A stretch of 63,013 bases of DNA, the filler included, from Trichomonas gallinae (taxonomy: Eukaryota): assembly GCA_008369845.1 (NCBI GenBank). It is 7 parts of 7 records of this genome, joined end to end, with 100 filler letters (N's around TTAATTAATTAA, not from the genome) between each part and the next. Parts side by side here need not be neighbours in the genome. Positions count along the whole stretch, not along the records: positions 57,258 to 59,277 come from MRSU01000585.1; positions 59,378 to 63,013 come from MRSU01000586.1; 5 more parts are not named here. The stretch is one strand, 5' to 3'. The first letter of the stretch is position 1. The number at the start of each line of letters is the position of its first letter. Shown here in pieces: positions 58,851-63,013 of the stretch. The translations under genes were made by a program, and so were the position numbers. Below the pieces are notes generated by a model. It did not search any database and was not told the DNA's origin. It saw only the letters and a list, made by a program, of their open reading frames with translations.

Positions 58851-59198
58851 TTTGAAATAAAATTCAGTACTTGTCACAATCATTCAACTCTCAAATATTG
58901 AAATTGACTGGCCACCTAACTTTTTTATTATTATTCATGTCTGTCAATAACATATTTTTCGCTAAAAATTTTGATTGTTTAGCTGACACATTCAAAATTT
59001 AATTTCATAACCGGTCTGTCATACGATCGATATTTAGCTCATGACACATTATATCTTTTATTTAAGAAAAAAGAATATATTTTCCTTCATTATTTTTTTT
59101 TCCTCTTTAATTATTGTTTTGACAAAATAAACTTTACATGAAACATTTGCATTTTTCGTTGTTTTATGAAGTTTTGAATCATGTACTTATAATTTGTT

Positions 59199-59277
59199 TA
59201 GGGATGCAAATTTGGAAATAATCCTGAGATTTTCCAGGATCCATTTTTTAAAACTTCTTGGTCGGATAAAATTTTGA
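59199..59277 (+). mobile_element. hAT-like transposon end (terminus TAGGGATGCAAA)
   Basis: Starts TAGGGATGCAAATTTGG and runs into the gap; inverted copy at 57258-57336. Confidence 0.8.
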
Positions 59278-59377
59278 NNNNNNNNNNNNNNNNNNNNNNN
59301 NNNNNNNNNNNNNNNNNNNNNTTAATTAATTAANNNNNNNNNNNNNNNNNNNNNNNNNNNNNNNNNNNNNNNNNNNN
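59278..59377. other. Artificial contig linker
   Basis: N44-TTAATTAATTAA-N44. Confidence 0.98.
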
Positions 59378-59416
<39 letters not shown>

Positions 59417-59500
59417 GTTGATATCTATTCCAGAGAATATGAGAAGGAGTTTCACAACTTCATGATGACCAAGAAATGAAGCCCATATCAAAGCTTTATT
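59378..59500 (-). pseudogene. Single ankyrin-repeat fragment running into poly(A)
   Basis: KALIWASFLGHHEVVKLLL..IDINAK, then a long A-run to the gap. Confidence 0.65.
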
Positions 59501-59640
59501 AATATTATAATGGAATCTGACATTTAATTTTTTGAGAAGATTATGTGTCAAAAATTTGAGTTTTGTTTTCCAGGATATATATATAATCTATATGTAGTAT
59601 GAACTTCAAACTTAATAAAATCGAATAAAATGTTGTCAAA

Positions 59641-60054
59641 ATGTTTTTTGTATTTTTCGCGCTTCTTCGCTTATCATATTCTGGAGATCCACACAACCAC
59701 AGGAAAGCCCATATGAGCCCAAAGGAACATATGGACAAGATGAACAAGATGAAAGCTGAGATTGATTCTTATAGGAAAGCGAAAAGTTCACTTATTGATC
59801 AACTCAATGATTTAAAAGAAAAGATTCATAATGCTAAACAGGTTGGTATGGAGTCAAGTTCTTTTGAGAGAGAACTTAAAGAAGTTAGATCAAAATTATA
59901 CGATCTTGATCACGAATTCCGTCAAGCTAAGGCTAAAGTTGTTGCAGAAGATCCAATTGAAAATCCACCCGAATTTATTGGATCAGCTGCTGAAAAATTA
60001 TTCGAACATCAAAATGTTATTCAAGAGGAAAATCCATCTGATGCTTCTAAGTAA
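59641..60054 (+). CDS. Secreted small coiled-coil hypothetical protein
   Basis: MFFVFFALL signal-like N-terminus, heptad-rich middle. Confidence 0.7.
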   Translation: MFFVFFALLRLSYSGDPHNHRKAHMSPKEHMDKMNKMKAEIDSYRKAKSSLIDQLNDLKEKIHNAKQVGMESSSFERELKEVRSKLYDLDHEFRQAKAKVVAEDPIENPPEFIGSAAEKLFEHQNVIQEENPSDASK

Positions 60055-60186
60055 TGTATTTATATTCCAAGCAATTATCTCCAATTTGTTACACAAATTA
60101 AAAACAAAAATTATGCGAAAATATTTCATCATTTTATATAACATATATTAATTAAACACATAACAACAATTTTATTAGCACACATT

Positions 60187-61248
60187 CTATATAAAGTCTC
60201 GATTTGCAATATCTTCGAGTGAATCAACTAGAGAACGAATCTCTTTTAATTCAGATTTAATTTGTGTACCATTTGATGAGATCTGGTCTTGAATATTTGA
60301 TATCTTTGGCGAATTATCAATCGAATTAATATTTTCTTGAATTTCATCGGATTTTGATAATTGTTCTAATGCTTTATCCTCTACTGTCTTCAAGACACTT
60401 GCTATATCATTTTGATTCAGTGCTGTTTCTTGAAGTTTAGATTTAATATTTTGAATCCTTTTTTCTACCATTGAAAACTGTAGTTCTAAGTTCGAAACCT
60501 CATTATTGAGAGCTGTAATCGTGCTTGATGCGTCATTTTGTGCAGTTGCAAAAGGAATAGATATATCTGGGACTTTATAAATCCTTTGACCACTTGCATC
60601 AACATCATCGTCAATTGGAGCAGCGAAATCAACTATTTGTTTATCTGCAAATTTATCATTGAATTTTCCTGAATACTGAAGATTATTTTCACATTGCTCT
60701 ATATCGCCTTTTATCTCATTTATCAATGAATTCAAGAATTCAGAGTCTTTTTGTACTTTAGTTACGAAAAATTTAGGAATTATTTCAAATTTATTTGAGT
60801 TAGCTTTTGCAGTATATGATGAATTGGTTAGATTAACCAACTTGCTTAAGATTTTATTGTAATTTTCTTTCTCTTTGTTCTTTAAATAAGTTATTTTTTC
60901 ATTTTCTTCTGGCTCTTCGTCATTCATAGTCATTAACTCACTTTCAAGATCGATGAAAGATTTTTGAGTATTGTTATTAATGTAATCTTTAATTTTTTGT
61001 TCCATATCAAATATTATACTGTTTTGGTCTATTCTATGCTTAAATAGATTCATTCGCTCCCTTTCTTTGTTAATTTTATCTATATCTACTTTAAACTTAA
61101 ATAATTGAGATAATAGATTTTGCGGCACAAGATTTTGCAATTCTGCCATACTTTTTTGTGTTTCCAGTATATTAGGCTCGAATCCATCAAGTTCTTCCTT
61201 GATTTGTACAAGTAAAGGATTAATTGCAGTAGAACTTGTTGAAAACAT
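60187..61248 (-). CDS. Coiled-coil hypothetical protein
   Basis: 353-aa ORF rich in E/K/N/Q heptads. Confidence 0.7.
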   Translation of the reverse strand: MFSTSSTAINPLLVQIKEELDGFEPNILETQKSMAELQNLVPQNLLSQLFKFKVDIDKINKERERMNLFKHRIDQNSIIFDMEQKIKDYINNNTQKSFIDLESELMTMNDEEPEENEKITYLKNKEKENYNKILSKLVNLTNSSYTAKANSNKFEIIPKFFVTKVQKDSEFLNSLINEIKGDIEQCENNLQYSGKFNDKFADKQIVDFAAPIDDDVDASGQRIYKVPDISIPFATAQNDASSTITALNNEVSNLELQFSMVEKRIQNIKSKLQETALNQNDIASVLKTVEDKALEQLSKSDEIQENINSIDNSPKISNIQDQISSNGTQIKSELKEIRSLVDSLEDIANRDFI

Positions 61249-61294
61249 TATTTTCTTACAACAAAAAAAAAAACGATTTTTAAAAATTGACGAA

Positions 61295-61470
61295 ATTTTG
61301 TCATGTAAAATATAAAATTGGCATGTAAATAGATTTAATTCGGTTATAACCTTAATGTTTTGTCATGTAAAATGTAAAAATGTTATGTAAAATGTTTTGT
61401 CATGTAGATTAATAAATTGACATGTAACCTTATAAACTGACGTGTAAAAAATATTTTGTCGTGTAAAGCT
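61295..61470. promoter_or_regulatory. Cluster of about 8 TG(A/T)C(A/G)TGTAAA-like motifs in a divergent promoter
   Basis: tgtcatgtaaaa, tggcatgtaaa, tgtcatgtaaaa, tgttatgtaaaa, tgtcatgtaga, tgacatgtaac, tgacgtgtaaaa, tgtcgtgtaaa, all in one orientation. Confidence 0.65.
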
Positions 61471-61526
61471 TAAGAAATTAAGGGTCTAATAAGGTGTAAT
61501 AACCCCAAATAATATAAATTTGATCA

Positions 61527-61808
61527 ATGGATCCAGGAAAGAGAGATCCCATCGATGTTTACGAGAAGAATGCAATCATCATGTACAAGGTTGGCTTCGC
61601 TCTATGCCCGCTTAGCTGGCTCATGTGCTGGGTTTACTGCTCTTTGAGAAAGGCCGAAAGCTCTAAATTGGAACCACTTGGCAAGAAGTGCTTCTGGCTG
61701 TTCTGGCTTTCAATGTTTATTCTCGGAATCTGGACACTCGCTTACTCCGCCTGGTGGCCTTCAATGGAAGTCATCGGATACAACGTCCCAATTGGAGAGC
61801 CAGAGTAA
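61527..61808 (+). CDS. PEN2: Gamma-secretase subunit PEN-2
   Basis: MYKVGFALCPLSWL (cf. YYLGGFAFLPFLWL) and C-terminal YNVPIGEP (cf. FTIPLGTP); 93 aa. Confidence 0.8.
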   Translation: MDPGKRDPIDVYEKNAIIMYKVGFALCPLSWLMCWVYCSLRKAESSKLEPLGKKCFWLFWLSMFILGIWTLAYSAWWPSMEVIGYNVPIGEPE

Positions 61809-62137
61809 GCATTCAGTCCTATTATCTAATGGAATTTTACGATATTCTTGTTAATGTTTATTACCGTAACTTAAATCCTAAAATGTCGAATATAGTTAAT
61901 TTTGTATGATCGTTTCTACACATAAACCAATAAATGCAAATCTTTTGCTAATCAATTACTATTTTCCAGCTAACCTTGTTCGAAATATTTTTTCAAAATC
62001 TGATTTTAAATTAAAATGCAAAGCTCTCATGATTATATATAGTAGCTGTTTTGTATCATTATGTAATCCTCAGAAGTTAAACTCTTAAAATTTTTGATCG
62101 ATATAAAAAAGATTTTATAATACAGGACATGAACAGA

Positions 62138-62572
62138 TTAGATTTGATCGTATGATCTGCTTTGCTTGAATTTCTTCTTGAAATTCTCCCAGGCGGATGG
62201 GTTTGTAGATTTGAAATTTTCGAGCGCAAGATTCTTTCCATCCAAGTCCGATGAAACAGATTTTGAGTCAATTGGAAGAATCTGTGAATCATCTTCGACA
62301 AGCGAGTTAGAATAATTATCTTCAAAAACTTTAACGTAATTTACATCCTTTGGCCAGCGAAGGAAGTCATTAGGGAATATGTGTTGCGATTGAGCATCTT
62401 CTAATGGCTTTGGTCCAAGATCTGGTTTAGTTTTTAACAAAACATTGATCGCGTTTTGAACATTGTTATCTTTCTCTCTTAGAATACGTCTAATTGTTTG
62501 TGGATCATGGTTGGGAAACATCTCTTGAAGCTGATTTATTGCATCTGAAACGCTAATATGTAATGCAGACAT
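62138..62572 (-). CDS. CUE ubiquitin-binding domain protein
   Basis: QLQEMFPNHDPQTIRRIL..NVQNAINVLL and an FPNDFLR motif; GTCACTTT before ATG 62572. Confidence 0.85.
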   Translation of the reverse strand: MSALHISVSDAINQLQEMFPNHDPQTIRRILREKDNNVQNAINVLLKTKPDLGPKPLEDAQSQHIFPNDFLRWPKDVNYVKVFEDNYSNSLVEDDSQILPIDSKSVSSDLDGKNLALENFKSTNPSAWENFKKKFKQSRSYDQI

Positions 62573-62947
62573 TTCTAAAAGTGACAACCTGACCGATATA
62601 ATTTTTGACATGTAAATTTTCAAAAATCTTTACCTGAAAAATCATTACATTATGCTAACACTCATCACAATACCAACAATAGACTGGACATAATAATAAT
62701 TATTTTGATGAAGTAAGTCATCATTATGTTTGAATTTGATATACTTGCAGGGAATATATAATGCACAATTAGATACTATATATAAAATATTTAAGGATTT
62801 AAAAAATTTGTTCTCGACTTATATATTCTATATTCTATTTATATAATTGAAGTAATAGTAAATTGGGGTCAACAAAATAAATGAGGGGGTGGATATTGAA
62901 ATATTATTGCAGGGTCTAAACCCGAGTATCCCCTCATATAATTACTG

Positions 62948-63013
62948 ATGTCTCAGCTGCCCACTACCTACAAAATCATATTTATAGGTAACAGTGGCGT
63001 AGGCAAAACTTCC
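62948..63013 (+). CDS. Rab-family small GTPase, 5' end cut by the window edge (not in ORF track)
   Basis: MSQLPTTYKIIFIGNSGVGKTS P-loop. Confidence 0.85.
   Translation, partial: MSQLPTTYKIIFIGNSGVGKTS

Noticed and set aside
57258..59277. A single Pack-type element carrying VPS26 between its TIRs
   Set aside because: The TAGGG termini face the gene, so VPS26 lies outside both visible ends

Overview
AT-rich eukaryotic DNA from a trichomonad (parabasalid, Trichomonas-like). Evidence: intronless genes, TCAYT initiator-like elements just before many ATGs, a PFO gene with an MLRNF hydrogenosomal presequence, and BspA and ankyrin families. The window is not contiguous. Six identical 100-bp linkers (N44-TTAATTAATTAA-N44) join seven contigs (1-28095, 28196-45212, 45313-49737, 49838-54022, 54123-57157, 57258-59277, 59378-63013), so linkage across linkers is unproven. 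About 30 genes are present, many for endomembrane or proteostasis functions (ATG7, VPS26, LAMTOR2-like, kexin, PDI-like, TM2D, PEN-2, Tul1-like E3, CUE, Rab), along with several pseudogenes and DNA-transposon ends at contig breaks. Best leads: (1) a CDC48/p97 derivative with a degenerate single AAA domain whose D2 is replaced by 17 DPF motifs; (2) an intergenic 11-mer, TTTACATGTCA, recurring upstream of many genes; (3) two facing Ac-like (TAGGGATG) transposon ends around VPS26; (4) an ERCC1-fold SPO16/FAAP24/PTD-like gene; (5) a HEAT protein with huntingtin-like segments and an in-frame extension past its stop. All family calls are by-eye motif recognition; no searches were run.
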